Shown piece by piece: positions 50,930 to 63,543 of a stretch of DNA of 64,000 nt. This stretch comes from Octopus vulgaris. Its lineage: Eukaryota. A program made the position numbers and the translations under genes. The notes under the pieces are model-generated. The model saw nothing but the letters and a program-made list of their open reading frames with translations. It was not told the origin of the DNA and ran no database searches. The number at the start of each line of letters is the position of its first letter. Positions within the stretch are counted from its first letter, which is position 1. Location: the NCBI GenBank assembly GCA_951406725.2, contig OX597815.1, positions 177,134,001 to 177,198,000 on the forward strand, read 5' to 3'.

Positions 50930-51170
50930 AAACTCTAACACATCTTTAATGATTCGTTAGAATTATTTGTTTTAACTCTACTTTCAACGCCAGTTTATGC
51001 AAAAATTCGATGTAAAAATTTACGTAAAGTTTGCGGTTTACACGTTAGATTGGCACTTCATATTTGCATAAAAGGTGCGTCTTTAAAAATTTTAACGTAA
51101 ACTGGCGTTGCAAGAAGAGTTTGTACAGAAACAATTGTAAGAAATCATTAAATATGTGTTAAAGAATTTC
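50930..51170. mobile_element. Old palindromic MITE-like element
   Basis: aacacatctttaatgatt/aatcattaaatatgtgtt and caacgccagttta/taaactggcgttg. Confidence 0.6.
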
Positions 51171-51334
51171 ATTGTCTTCATAATATTAGAATTAAAGCTT
51201 TCTGTTCGCCACACCGAAACAACGGTCTTACAGTCGTGAGAAAGGATTTTCTACACTTGAAGTACTTCGATATATATATATATATATATATATAGTGTGT
51301 GTGTGAATGTATATATGTAGATACACACATATCT

Positions 51335-52140
51335 CACAGCGTGTCTCTCTGACATCACACATCAGCGAAGTCATGGAGCGAATATTCTGAAGGAAATTAA
51401 TTGGATTTCTTGAAGAGAGTGACTGACTAACTGACACCCATCATAGTTTTCGACCAAGTAGAAATTGTCTGCCGCAGCTCTTCCTGTACTACAACTGGAT
51501 GTGAGAGCAGCTGCCCAACAAATCAAATGTGGACTTGATATATCTCAAATTTGCAAAAGCGCTTGATAAATCAACTGTGGAATAATATGTCGCAAGCTGC
51601 GAAATCTCTGTATAGTTGGAAAACTTGGAGAGTGGCTTCATGACTTTCTAAAAAATGGAAATCAGATAGTAGTAGTCAATGGCTCTAACTTCAACGAAAC
51701 GATGATAATGAGTGGATTCCCACAGTGCACTCTCTTGGGGCCGCTGCTATACATAGTAGCCCTCACAGAGATGCCCTTTGATAGCTATGCAGGTGTTACG
51801 AACGTCTCTCAGAGGATACACAACCCTGGAGATGTTGCGCACCTGCAACAGAAGTTGAATGCAGTATACAGGTGGGCTAGAATAATATTCAGTTTAACGC
51901 TAGAAAATTCCGAGCCCTGCGCTTCCAACACAAGAAGCTGAATGAAATGCAAACGTGACACTTGAGGATTGCATTCCCTACATCAAAATCAGTGATTTGG
52001 TCATTGACATGAGTACTGATGCACCCTCACAGGTGTATATTATTAAGTTGGCAATAAAATGCAGATGACTTGCTGAATGGATCCTTCGAACTTGCAATAT
52101 TCTGAAAAAGCTCTCTTATTCTCCTATAGAATCTATTTCC
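51335..52140 (+). mobile_element. CR1-clade LINE RT fragment
   Basis: VSLTSHISEVMERI, HHSFRPSRNCL, IYLKFAKALDK, SGFPQCTLLGPLLY, LQQKLNAVYRWA. Confidence 0.88.
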
Positions 52141-52474
52141 AAACACGTAGGTTATGTTGGTGTGCAAACACAGACGGAGAAACGTGCAGTTAGAGCATGA
52201 CATATGCCTCGACCGCAACAAAATGCTTGAAAGTATTTATTAAAGTATTTATTAAAAGTATATATTAACACTTAACATGGATTTTACAAAAACGTATTAT
52301 ACATGAATTTACAGCGCTATACACCGGCGCCTATGAGCGAAATTTACTGATAAACGAACAATTAGTGCCAATATAATTAATGGAGTTTAGACTCCACAAA
52401 AAAGGGATCAGGCAGCTCATTGAAATTATAAATATAACACAAACGTTTGAGTGGATACTTGTGAGTGTGTGCAT

Positions 52475-52508
<34 letters not shown>

Positions 52509-55500
52509 TGTTTGTGCGTATGTATGTAGGTTGATGGATAGATAAATGGGTAGATGTAAGGCAAGATGACTTAGGAACATTACTAATCTAAATGAAATAT
52601 AAATGTAAGGAAATGTGAATATATTTAATATACTTCGAAGAAATCCTGGTCCATGTATATATATATATAAATCTATTAAATCTAGTTGTCCTTCTGACTA
52701 TCTAAATTTGTATCCTATTTCTGCACGTGTATACATCTAAATATATGTAAATGTATATGCATAGATCTATATTATATTTGGATGCATGAGTGTGAATATG
52801 CGTGTGTGACCGTGTGACAAAGTGTATAGGCTTCTAATATATGTTTTAGTAATAATAATTCGAAAAAAAAAAAACATTATTAACCAATTTTAGACGGTGA
52901 TAATTAGTTTTATGTCACGCTTAGTCAACATACAACAAAGGTCATATGCCAACATTTGTAAACCCCTTAGGTCTTGCCTTTCTGACATCTAATTGGATTG
53001 TTAGAAAGTAATCCTATTACCATTTGCTGCTTTTCATCTCATAGAAGGCCAATGTTCAACGCACTGGAAAAACAAAAGACAACAGCAACACAGCTTCCAG
53101 CCAATGTTCATAGACATTATGCGCCGATAAACAGTCCATTAAAATATTTTATCTATCAATTAGCAATTCATGCCAAATAGTGCTACAATTGTAATCGCTT
53201 TAAAAGCCTCGATATTTAATATATATGTGTGTGTTTATATGTGTGTATGTATGTAAGCATACGAGGCGGAATTCGGATGAAGGAGTTACGCAAATAATAA
53301 CATTTATATATTTGCTTCTCAAAACTCTGCCAGAATAGATGCTAGCTTATATTAAATATAGTAAATATATGCCTGAAATATGAATTATTAATAGTTTCTT
53401 TAGCTGCACATTCTCTCGGTTTGGGGTCACTTTAGTTCAGCACGAGGGTCAAGCATATTGGATTAACCAATAGAGATGTCTTACTTTCAATATAATTCTG
53501 TCTATCGGAGTAGAGAGTATAGCATATATCCTTTCTTATTGATTATCCGATTGCTTTGAAATAAGTTATTCAATACTTATTTATTCTGAAATCTGTCTGA
53601 GAATAAATCGTTGGATTTATTTTCACAACAAAAGAGTAAAAACCATTTCTTTAATCAACTGACGCAATGATGCCATCCTCATTTACCGCCCTAATCATTC
53701 ATAAATTATCAGCCTCATTCAAATCTTGGCGTAACGATGCAACATTTTCTCAAAAGGTGATTTAATATATGATTTAATATAAAAGATGATTTAATGTATA
53801 TTATTTCAATTTGCTACTAAATATACCATCTGCGGGTGTTCAAATACATTTCCATGGCATCTTTACGAAGAATTTAACTGCATATATTTTAAATATTGTG
53901 AGACATTCGCCATATTGGCGGATTGTAATACGGATGCATGTATGATCGAGCAAGATATTCTGTTATTTCTATCTCCATGGTTACCAACGTTGAAATAACA
54001 GTCACAGCTACGAGTGATATTATATTTATTGAAAAGATTCTGTTCTATTGGTTAGAGGGTAAATGTGATGAGGATTGCTGAAGAATTACTTGCTTTGTTG
54101 TATTCCGCTTAGTAATGTTGGACAGTTGAAGAAGCAGATTCTTTCATTACTATGTTTTTCCAACTGATTCTTTATTACCTTTTACTTTTTGTTTTATTTT
54201 CTTAAATTTCGTTTTTTTTTTCCAGCAGTACACTGCTGAGCATAAAACACTGATGATGCTCCGCTAGGAAGTAATTCCTATTCATATATAATTAAATGTA
54301 ATTCTCAACACGTTAACCACATAAAATTGCTACATCTTACGGATTGGTTCCGTCCTACATACACATCCCGTTATTAATTCATTTACTTTATTCATAATCT
54401 TCCTTCGAAAGAAATTTGTCACATACATTGTAATCATGAAGTCGTTTCACGCGACAAAACTATATATTTTTGTCTAGTTAAATGTCTCGTCTGTTAAGTG
54501 TGTCGTCTGTTAAGTAATCATACAAAGGAAGTAATTTCATAACAAAGAGAACTATATTAATGTAGTGGGAGCTAACGGACAGTCTTTGATTTTTAAACAA
54601 GGACAAATGCATATTTGACACCATAGCGTAAATTAGTCAAAAGATTTAATGATATTAAAAGCGTAAATTAGCGGAAACTAATTAAACTAAAGTTTATTTC
54701 AGCTACCAATCAAATGTTAAACCACTCTGAATATGATACCCGATTAAATATCAGAGTATCGGCGCAGACAATTTAGGCAAAGCATTCTTAAATAAGAAAC
54801 AACACTCCCCTACATCCGATAGAATATGAATTAAACGATTACCATTAGGAAAGATCTAAGTAATACCGCATATGAAGAAATAGCAGGAAGAGAGCATTCC
54901 ATTTTGAATTGTAGAGGCAATATACTGTTTCAAATATTATTACAAAACGAAATGCTTTTAGTTAGTTTTGGTGGAATGGTACTGCCATAGGGATTCTTCT
55001 CCAAAGCTACATTCATTTAATTGTATTTGAACATGCTAACTGAAATACAAGCAACACGCACTTAATAGTTAGTAAACTGTTGACTCCCAAACATTTCGAA
55101 ACAATATTCGTATCTAATGTTGTCCAAGATGGAGTAATTAATAAATATACTGGGATATATTAAAATAAAATAAAATGCTAAACAACAAACTCTTCAAAAG
55201 AAAATAAAACGACGCGCAGTAGCTCTCCGGAGTCCGTCAGTCAGACTCTAGTGAGCCACTTTGTGAATGAAATGTCGCTAACAATTGATTGATAAAAAAT
55301 ATTTGAATATAGAAATATATGTCGAAAAAGAAAAAAAAAAATCTAATTTCAACGATTGCTGTTATTGTTATGTGTCTCACTGTAAACTGAAAGTATATTT
55401 CATTTGTTATAAAATAGTCACATTATGGGAAAAATTGACAGACTCGGATGAACTTTCTTCAAGCAAAATATCAATTATTTTGTGTTTACAAATATGGACA

Positions 55501-57179
55501 AATAAGTATAATTAATTAGAGACAAAAATATCAAGAAGAAAGTAGAGTAATTAAAAATTCGAAAAAACAGTGATAAATCAAACCCATTAGACATCGCTGG
55601 TCAAATTATAAATGTAGTGTGAACCGTAGGCTAGAAGGTATTTTCATTACACGATGGAGCCTAATCAAATAATTACTCTTAAAGTAATAGTCTGTGGCAT
55701 ATTAGCGAAAGAAGGTTAGGACCCAGTTGTATGAGAGCGGAAAAGTATGGCTTGGGAGAGCGGAGGAGTATGGTATAAGGAAATAAACGAGTGTAAAGAT
55801 GCAAAGCTATATCATGGCAAATGCAAATTTCGTGACGAAGAAATGAGTTTGAATAAAATTAATGGAAGAGGAACGAGAATTAAATTTCTAAAAGCATATA
55901 CAAATTAACGGAAAATTAATATTTAGATATTTAGAATAAAAAGAAATGGGCGTAACATTAAGCCATAATTGGCTTCGATAAAGTGAGATTGCCGCTACGT
56001 AGTGAATGTCTGGAAAGTTTATTATCTTAATCTTTGTTGAATGATTTGTCGTAAATATAAGCAAGGTGAAATGTGAGAAATCTGTGGGCGTGTGTGTGTG
56101 TTTGTATGTGCGGTTTTTATAATTGTATGTGTGTTATGATTGACTGCCTGATATGAAAACGTTAACCACTCAAAACATGTTGTCTTCATTTGCCAAGGCA
56201 GTGTATACTAATGCTGACTTCAGTTCACTTTGTCAGATATCAGGAAAGTAAACACTTTCAAAACGATTATATTTATCTGTGAACGATGAAGTTTGTGTCA
56301 ATAGTCTGAGACTAGAATCGCATGAAATGGCAAAACATTGCTAATGAAATTCTTTTAGTACACCACACGCTGAACAAAACCACTCACATGCTCAGTGACT
56401 CAAGTATTACCAATGCCATATGCTTAATGCTACAAATCAGTGATACTTAGTCCAAAGTAAATGACGTATAGTGCTAATAATCACACTATACCTCAGAGAT
56501 AGGCGAAATAAAATCGCCCCGGTAAGTGACGACGAGCGATATTTTGTGTTACTTACCCTCTTCAGTGTTGCTTTCAAGTAACCGTGGAATATCAGTTTCT
56601 ATCACTTTCAATCACTTCGGAGTGATTTCATTTCACTTTGCCCTGAAGATTAGTATGTTTTTAACTCTATAAAGCTCCTTTGAAGGAATCTCCTTTAGAA
56701 TAAACACACGGTTTATAGCGTTTAACAAATCATATACATTAAGTATTTGATAGCGGTAATACTCGAATAAGTGAGCTGTTTGAAACGAGAGAGAGCGAGA
56801 GAGAGAGAGAGAAAAAAAAGAGAGAGAGAGAAATAATAAGATGGGAAGACTACGCCCCATTAGTGTTCTACTCTATGTCGGGTGAAGACAATTTGGCTTT
56901 CTTCTTTCTACTTTCAAGAGGTCAATAAAATTAATTACTAAACGAAATATTTCATTCAACCTTTCACCTTGGCCTCAAACGAGTGGAAATCGCCAAACAA
57001 TAATACTCGCGCGCGCAAACACACACACGTACACATTCTGTAATCTACGTATGTATTTCTGTGTATGAATGAATATACATATGTATATACACATATACAT
57101 ATATGTGCGTGTATGTGTGTGTATGTACATGTGTGTATATATATGTATATATGATTATATATGTACATGTATACATATA

Positions 57180-57491
57180 TGACCGTGATCACCGTGACCG
57201 ACCAGGCTATCAGATTTTGCTATACATCACTGGTCACAATGCATTTTGCATTGTTTTAGTTTTCAAATGACGCCACCCTGCTGGCTAAGGGAGCAGACCA
57301 ACAGAGGAAAGAGTGAGAGAGAGTTTTAGCAAAAGAGTACAGCAGGGATCGTCACCAACCCCTGCCGGAGCCTCTTGGAGCTTTAGGTGTTTTACCTCAA
57401 TAAACACTCACAACGCCCGGTCTCGGAATCGAAACCGTGATCCTACGACTGCAAGTCCGCTACCCTAACCACTTGGCCATTGCGTCTCCAC
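57180..57491 (-). mobile_element. SINE family C with a different 3' tail from 6265-6643
   Basis: 57298-57491 matches 6443-6642; 57180-57297 is unrelated to the other tail. Confidence 0.88.
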
Positions 57492-57520
57492 GTATACATA
57501 TATATACATATTTATATAAC

Positions 57521-57910
57521 CCTCGGTTAAAAATATATCAAAATAGTTCGTTTTTAAAAATGAAGCAATCCATAGTATGTCCAGTATCCGAGGAGCGTAA
57601 CACAGACCGCCTTCGGTCAAGACTGACCATCGGATTGCGCCTAGAAAGTTACTCTTCCGGGCACAAGTCCAGGCAAGGTTGTTTTATAGAAGACCAGCAG
57701 TCACCCATGCATACCGGCCTCCTCGTCTCCACGTCGCCTGTGTTAACCAAGGGAAGGACAAAGGCCGATACAGCTTGGCACCAGTGATGTCGCAACTCAT
57801 TTCTGGAGCGACGTGAAATAGTGTCTTGCTCAAGAGCACAACACGCAGCCCTGTCCGGGATTCGAACTCACAACCTTAAGATCGTAAGCTCGACGCTCTA
57901 ATCACTGAGA

Positions 57911-57958
<48 letters not shown>

Positions 57959-58038
57959 TCTCTTACGCTCCTTGGATACCGGACCTACCATGGATTGCTT
58001 CATTTTTAAAAACAATTTTGATATACTTTTAATCGAGG
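57521..58038. repeat. ~80-bp inverted repeats (57521-57600 and 57963-58038) enclosing a SINE and (TA)n
   Basis: tttttaaaaatgaagcaatccat...gtatccgaggagcgtaa / ttacgctccttggatac...atggattgcttcatttttaaaaa. Confidence 0.9.
57601..57909 (-). mobile_element. tRNA-derived CORE-like SINE
   Basis: Minus-strand head ttagagcgtcgagcttacgatc..ggttgtgagttcgaatccc, then cttgagcaagacact. Confidence 0.8.
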
Positions 58039-58520
58039 CGTAAAGAAAATTTTAATCGATTGATATATTTTAGTAATTCATTTTGATAATCTATTCTAAT
58101 CGATTTGTATATACTTTTTCCGGACATGTCCTTCTATATATTTGGTATTTTTAGATGTGCCCATATATTTTTTTACCTTCGGTGCTTGTATATGTACTTC
58201 TTTAATATGTCAAAGGCCATGGTATTATTTGTATGCGGTGAAATGTATAGAAGCGTGGTGTTATGTAAAGTTTGATGTTTGTTCTCTAATCAATGATCTT
58301 TTGTCTATCTCAATTTCACTTGAGCTCTTTTTTTCAGTCCTGTTTTATTTCCATAAAAAGAAACGAAAATTATTTCTTGCCATATATATATGTGTATATA
58401 TATATATAAGATCCAATATAAAAAACACCTTTCGGGGACAATAGTGGTTTACTAAGGTGGGATGTTGGTGATTTTTTTCTTATCGAAATACTATAAATTA
58501 AAACAGAATTTCTTTATATT

Positions 58521-58609
58521 TTGGGCTACATATGTTTCATAGCGAGCGGAGCCTCAGAAGCGGTAAATATCCAATCGAGGTATATACCGCAGGCTACTCT
58601 ACAGGCCAA
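58521..58609 (-). ncRNA. HHR-like motif with CUGUAGA core and long stem II
   Basis: GGC-CTGTAGA-GTAGC..GCGGTA..TACCGC..GCTAT-GAAA-CATATG-TA-GCC. Confidence 0.6.
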
Positions 58610-58920
58610 GGATATATTGATTAAATGAAAGTTTACATTGTCGCAAGGATGTACTTGTTAACACAGAATGTGTACATATGTATATATATTTATTATGCGT
58701 TCGTGCGTGTGTATGTGCAGTTGTTAAAGATCGCTCCTCAAGCTATACCATGCTGAAAGAAATAAGTAGACAGCAAAAAGATAATCAGTAGCAAGGATGC
58801 AGTGTATAGGAAGAAGCAATTCATCTCAAACGTAAGCGATAGGAAGCATTGTTTAAAACATTTCATTGTAGATGGTGATGTACTGTTTTATTTCGTAAAA
58901 TATTAAATGGATACATTAAA

Positions 58921-59442
58921 CCCATTGCCTGCTATGAGACCCAATAGGGGACCTGCTAAAAACAGTCTCACTGCCGGTTTTTCGTTGTATTTAAAGTTAA
59001 TTGCTTACGTACCTTGCATCCACACGGGTGTGTTTAACAATATTTAGTAGTTAAAGTTTATCATTATTAGCTCCGGCTAATTCCAGAGGACAGTTTATGT
59101 CATAAATCGCAATTTTTGAACTACAAAAATATTGACTACTTTGAAAACTTTTTTTGTTTGTATTTCCCATCTATATCATTCATTGATGTTCCACACACCT
59201 TCGCATTTGATACTATATTTTAAAAAAAGAAAAAAAAACTAAAATGCTTATTATTACAATTGAACAAAAAAGGATAAAAATGCTTTTTTCCAGCGATTCC
59301 TATTTGGGACTTTTCGAAAAATTTATCACGATTTCCAAAATAATTCACATATGAAGAAAATTTAATTACTATATATTATTTTAACTCATGAGACACTGGC
59401 AAAGCCAAAAATTATGAAAAAAAAACTTTTGGCATAAATGGG
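58921..59442. mobile_element. piggyBac-like MITE
   Basis: t(t)aaa|cccattgcc ... ggcataaatggg|ttaa. Confidence 0.5.
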
Positions 59443-59537
59443 TTAAAGGTGTTTCCGTTGGAGACAGTAGAAAAAGAATTGTCCAAAACGCGTCTATGCA
59501 TTTACTTTTATTCATTTACACACACGCACCTATATAG

Positions 59538-59645
59538 TCGACGGTCCGCTATAGTATAAGACACATGTCTAAGGTGCCACATAGTGAGATTGAACCCAGC
59601 GTCATGTGGTTGCAAAACAATATTCTTTACTACCCTGTCACACTT
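59538..59645 (-). mobile_element. SINE family B head fragment, old
   Basis: gctatagtataagacac..aaggtgccac..gattgaaccc..atgtggttg. Confidence 0.55.
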
Positions 59646-60226
59646 CACGCAATTAGCCTTTGCTATCAAACAAACATTTTAATCGAAATTATAACCCGCC
59701 ATGTTTTGTTTCCTAGTTTGGCAATTTTATCGGATTCATGTTGTAGAAGGTTGCAGATTTACGAAAAGAGAAGAAAATTATTGCGTAATGAGAAAACCAT
59801 ATAAGGAAGAAGTTAATTGATTAAATTGTTGTTTTTTTTTAGATGAAGTCCTTTTATTCATTTTTGAACATTTGTTTCTTTCCCCTTATTTCTTTGTTTG
59901 AAAAATTAGTCAGTGCCATCTAACAAAATTTTTTTTCAATACTATTTCTAAAGAATGAATTTCGTGTATTCGCTAGGGACAAGACGAATTATTACGGTTT
60001 CATTCATTTCTGTGGCGTTTGTTTCTGTGTGTGTGTGTCTAAACACACAAATGCATTAAAATTTTTTATCTTCTTTCTTTTTGCCTTTGTGTGTTTCTGT
60101 GCGCGCTCTCTCTCTCTCTCTCTCTCACATGCGCCTGTGTAAATTATGAGCTTCTCCACTGTTTTAATGTTTATGCAAATTATGGCAGCTTGTGCACGTG
60201 TATGTTTTAATATAATGGACCCTTGC

Positions 60227-60441
60227 AAGGCAGTAGAGCTGGCAGAACCATTATAACGCCGGACAAAATGCTTTACGGCATTTCGTTCGGATTTACTTAC
60301 AAACTTTTAATTCTATCGAAATTCGCTTTGCCTTTCATCCATTCGGGGGTCAATATAATAGGAGCTAGTTGAGCATTGGGCTCAATATCAATCACTGCCC
60401 CCTCCCTCACAGTTGCTGGCCCTGTGCCAAAATTTATTAGA
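60227..60441 (+). mobile_element. SINE family A, old
   Basis: gagctggcagaacc...ctttgcctttcatccattcggggg...ggccctgtgcc. Confidence 0.8.
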
Positions 60442-60729
60442 AAAGATGGCTTGCTCTATTCTGTGCATGGGTAAGAGGGAAAAATAATAAAAAAACCCAC
60501 TTACCAAATGATAATTACTGGAAAATATGATATGAACAAAACCGTCTCTTTATCTGCACCCACAAGCATCCTGTCTGTATTACCATTTTTATAAAGAAAA
60601 TCTGTACCTCTCATTCACTAACTCGCTTGCAAAACGAAATATGATTCTATCAAAGCCATGCACATACAAATGGAAGGCCTCCCTGTATTGTATACACGCA
60701 CACACACACGTATGAGCCATACTTATAGC

Positions 60730-61200
60730 TATCGACTTAAAGGTATGGGCTGCATTCAATTCTTATGGGTCCGAACTTTCTAAATCATCCTGGTAACGCC
60801 ATCCAATATCTTTTCACTCTTGTCAGCATTGTTTTTGTGTTCCCAGTTGGCACCAAATAAGCAAGCATGTCCTGTCACATTGTTTCCAATAAATTAAGAC
60901 TGTGGCCACCTTATGTAGCTCTGAAACTTTTCACTGGTCTTTGCTTAAGGATTTCGAAGTTTTCATGTTAGCTGCATTGGACACTTTCAGAGTGCATCTG
61001 TGAAGCCACAACTTTGCAGCATTGATAATCTTTCGCCTATTTATGATGAAGGCTTGTAATGAGTTGTATGAATGCTCTTAGGACTCATTTCTCTCTCACG
61101 CTGATTGCAATTAATTTCACAAGATATGCCTGATCTCACCATGCACGGTTTTCGCTTTTCTTGTTATCGAATTAAGGTTTCCAAATATTTACATTTCATA
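60730..61200 (-). mobile_element. Highly decayed Tc1-like transposase C-terminus
   Basis: HSLNLLETM* (~PDLNPIExxW), then RYWMALP; upstream SNAANMKTSK (~DNAxxH). Confidence 0.35.
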
Positions 61201-61499
61201 AGGCAAAACAATATTGACTTGCTTCAAAGTTCTTTAATTCACATGTTATAAAATGGCGTTATTTTCTTAAAGATTCTGACTGTTTTTGCCTTTTTTTTCT
61301 TTTCGATGCTCTTAAAATCTAGGCCCATCAAGTCATTTCCATCATTAACAGTACTAAGGGGTGTAGGTATCTCTCTGCTATATCTATGAGGATAGAGTTT
61401 CCTGCGTAATGAATATGTAAATATCTGGCCCTTTCTACATTTATACCTAGCAGATGAAACAGAAATCGAATAAATATTGGAGGAGATGGACTCTTTAGG

Positions 61500-62385
61500 T
61501 TAGCATGCCACGCATCTCTGCTTTGATGGTGTACCGCAATTTCTGCAGCAGAGAAGCATAATACGACCCCGTTAATTTTTGTGCCCTTTGCCAGAAATTA
61601 TATCATCACTACTCCGTGCTGGTTACAAAGGACTGAGCATCACCTTGCCTGATCAGGGAGAGGCACAAGCTTAATTTGGGGGTGATGAGTTGTTATGCTT
61701 CCATTGCTTCGAGTGGACTTTAGTTTCAGGATAATAGTGATGGACCCATGTTTCATCTTGTGTGATACGTCTGCCGAAAAAGTCCTCCTCATTTCTTGGA
61801 ATATTGCCAAAAGAGCCTGGGAGCAATTGACTTATTCCTGTTTCTGAAAAGGTGTGAGCATCCGGGGAATCCATCGTGCAGACAATCTTCATATGCGCAA
61901 TTGGTCGTGAATGATTTTTTCCACGGACCCTACACTTATCTTCACTTGATGGGATAGTTGCCGAATAGTTATGCGGCGATCCTCCAAAATGGCGGCTTCC
62001 ACTTTATGGATGGTGTCGTTATCAATGGCGGAACGTGGTCGCCCAGGAATATTAGCAGTTTTCACCGGTGTCCAATTACATTTGATCAGACGATTCCAGT
62101 GCATGGCTACGGCGCATGATGGTGCATCATCACCATAAACTTCATTCATCTCATCGAAAGTTTCATTTGGTGTACGATCTTTCAAGTATAACAACCTGAT
62201 CACTGATCTGCATTCAACTGCCTCCATTATAACACCTTAGCACACGTCAGGCAAACGAATAATAGAGAAAAGCTGCAATTTACAATGTGATATGTAGACA
62301 CATGTGCGATTATACATGTACAAGTTCCTTTTCCTGCAATAAACAAACGCGAGTCAGAAGAAATTTTTAATGAACACTCTAGTGG
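61500..62385 (-). mobile_element. mariner-family transposon, 3'-truncated transposase pseudogene
   Basis: ORFs 61889-62227 and 61671-61892: HTH with GRPR, EDRRIT, ARWIPRMLT, ITQDETWVHHYYPETK..SKQW; TIR-like end at (TA)n. Confidence 0.93.
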
Positions 62386-62416
<31 letters not shown>

Positions 62417-62742
62417 GTGTGCGTATGTGCGTTGCGCACGCACGTGTGTGCGTGTGAAAAGCGAGGGAACAAGCAATAAGAAAAGCTTTATGCTTATTAT
62501 ATTTAATTTTTTTTCTGCTCTGCCCGCCGAAATTTTCTTCGTATGTTGTAAAGTGTATACACACACACATATATATATATTCCAATATGTTTGTGTATAG
62601 GTGAATGCGTATGTATGTCTATTTGTATATGTGCATGGTTATTAATTTTATGTATGCATAAATTTATGCGTCTCTGTATATCTGTGTGTGAGTTTACATA
62701 TACGTGGATAAGGTGTGCGTATATGTGTGTATGTTTATACGA

Positions 62743-62786
<44 letters not shown>

Positions 62787-62883
62787 GGGGAGCATAACTC
62801 CAAACTTACAGGGAAAACTTCAATTTAGTATTAAATCAAAATTCACAATATAAATATATAATATATAAATTAGAGAATTTATA

Positions 62884-62926
<43 letters not shown>

Positions 62927-62939
62927 CATACACATACAC

Positions 62940-63102
62940 ACTATTTTCTCTCTCTGTGCTTATTTCTGTGTTCCTTTCTGTTGAAGAGCGTAGGCTCGAA
63001 ACGTAAAATACTTTCTCACTCTCCCGGGCGTCAAATTAATACATTTGTTTGTTGTTTACACACCCGTCTTCGTCTTATTTTGTTTTTCTGTAAATTCCAA
63101 CT
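62940..63102 (+). mobile_element. Short PLE-terminal-like repeat with HHR-like motif at 62974-63008
   Basis: cTTT-CTGTTGA-A-GAGCgtagGCTC-GAAA-CG-TA-AAA; flanked by TA/CA repeats. Confidence 0.65.
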
Positions 63103-63543
63103 ATATATGTGTGTGTGTGTTTGTCTGCGCGTAACTGTTGCTTTGCCTAGATATTTGTAAAAAGTATGCATGCACTAATATTTTGAGTTTTATTTTTCCT
63201 GTTAACATCATATCTGTCAGTATATGTATATATGTCTCTGTGTGTGTTGGTATGTGTGCATGTGTGTGTGTATATACGTACCAATTAATGAAAACAGAAC
63301 CCTTTCTAATATGATTAAATTTTGGACAAATATTGGGCGAATTCCTTGCGTGGTAACGTTTTAATGTGTTTATCAGTCAAAATATAAAATCATTGGATTC
63401 AACGATCGGCGCAGGGCCAGCAATTTGAGGGCACCAGTAAGTCGGTTACATTGACAGTAGTGCTCACCTGGTACTTACTCTATCTTGTTTGGCATGTTCA
63501 TGATTCTGCCGCCTTAAAATCATGTTTAATATCACTAGGAGAT

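Noticed and set aside
54230-54280. ctgctga / ctgatga motifs
   Set aside because: Cannot be folded into a hammerhead; expected by chance
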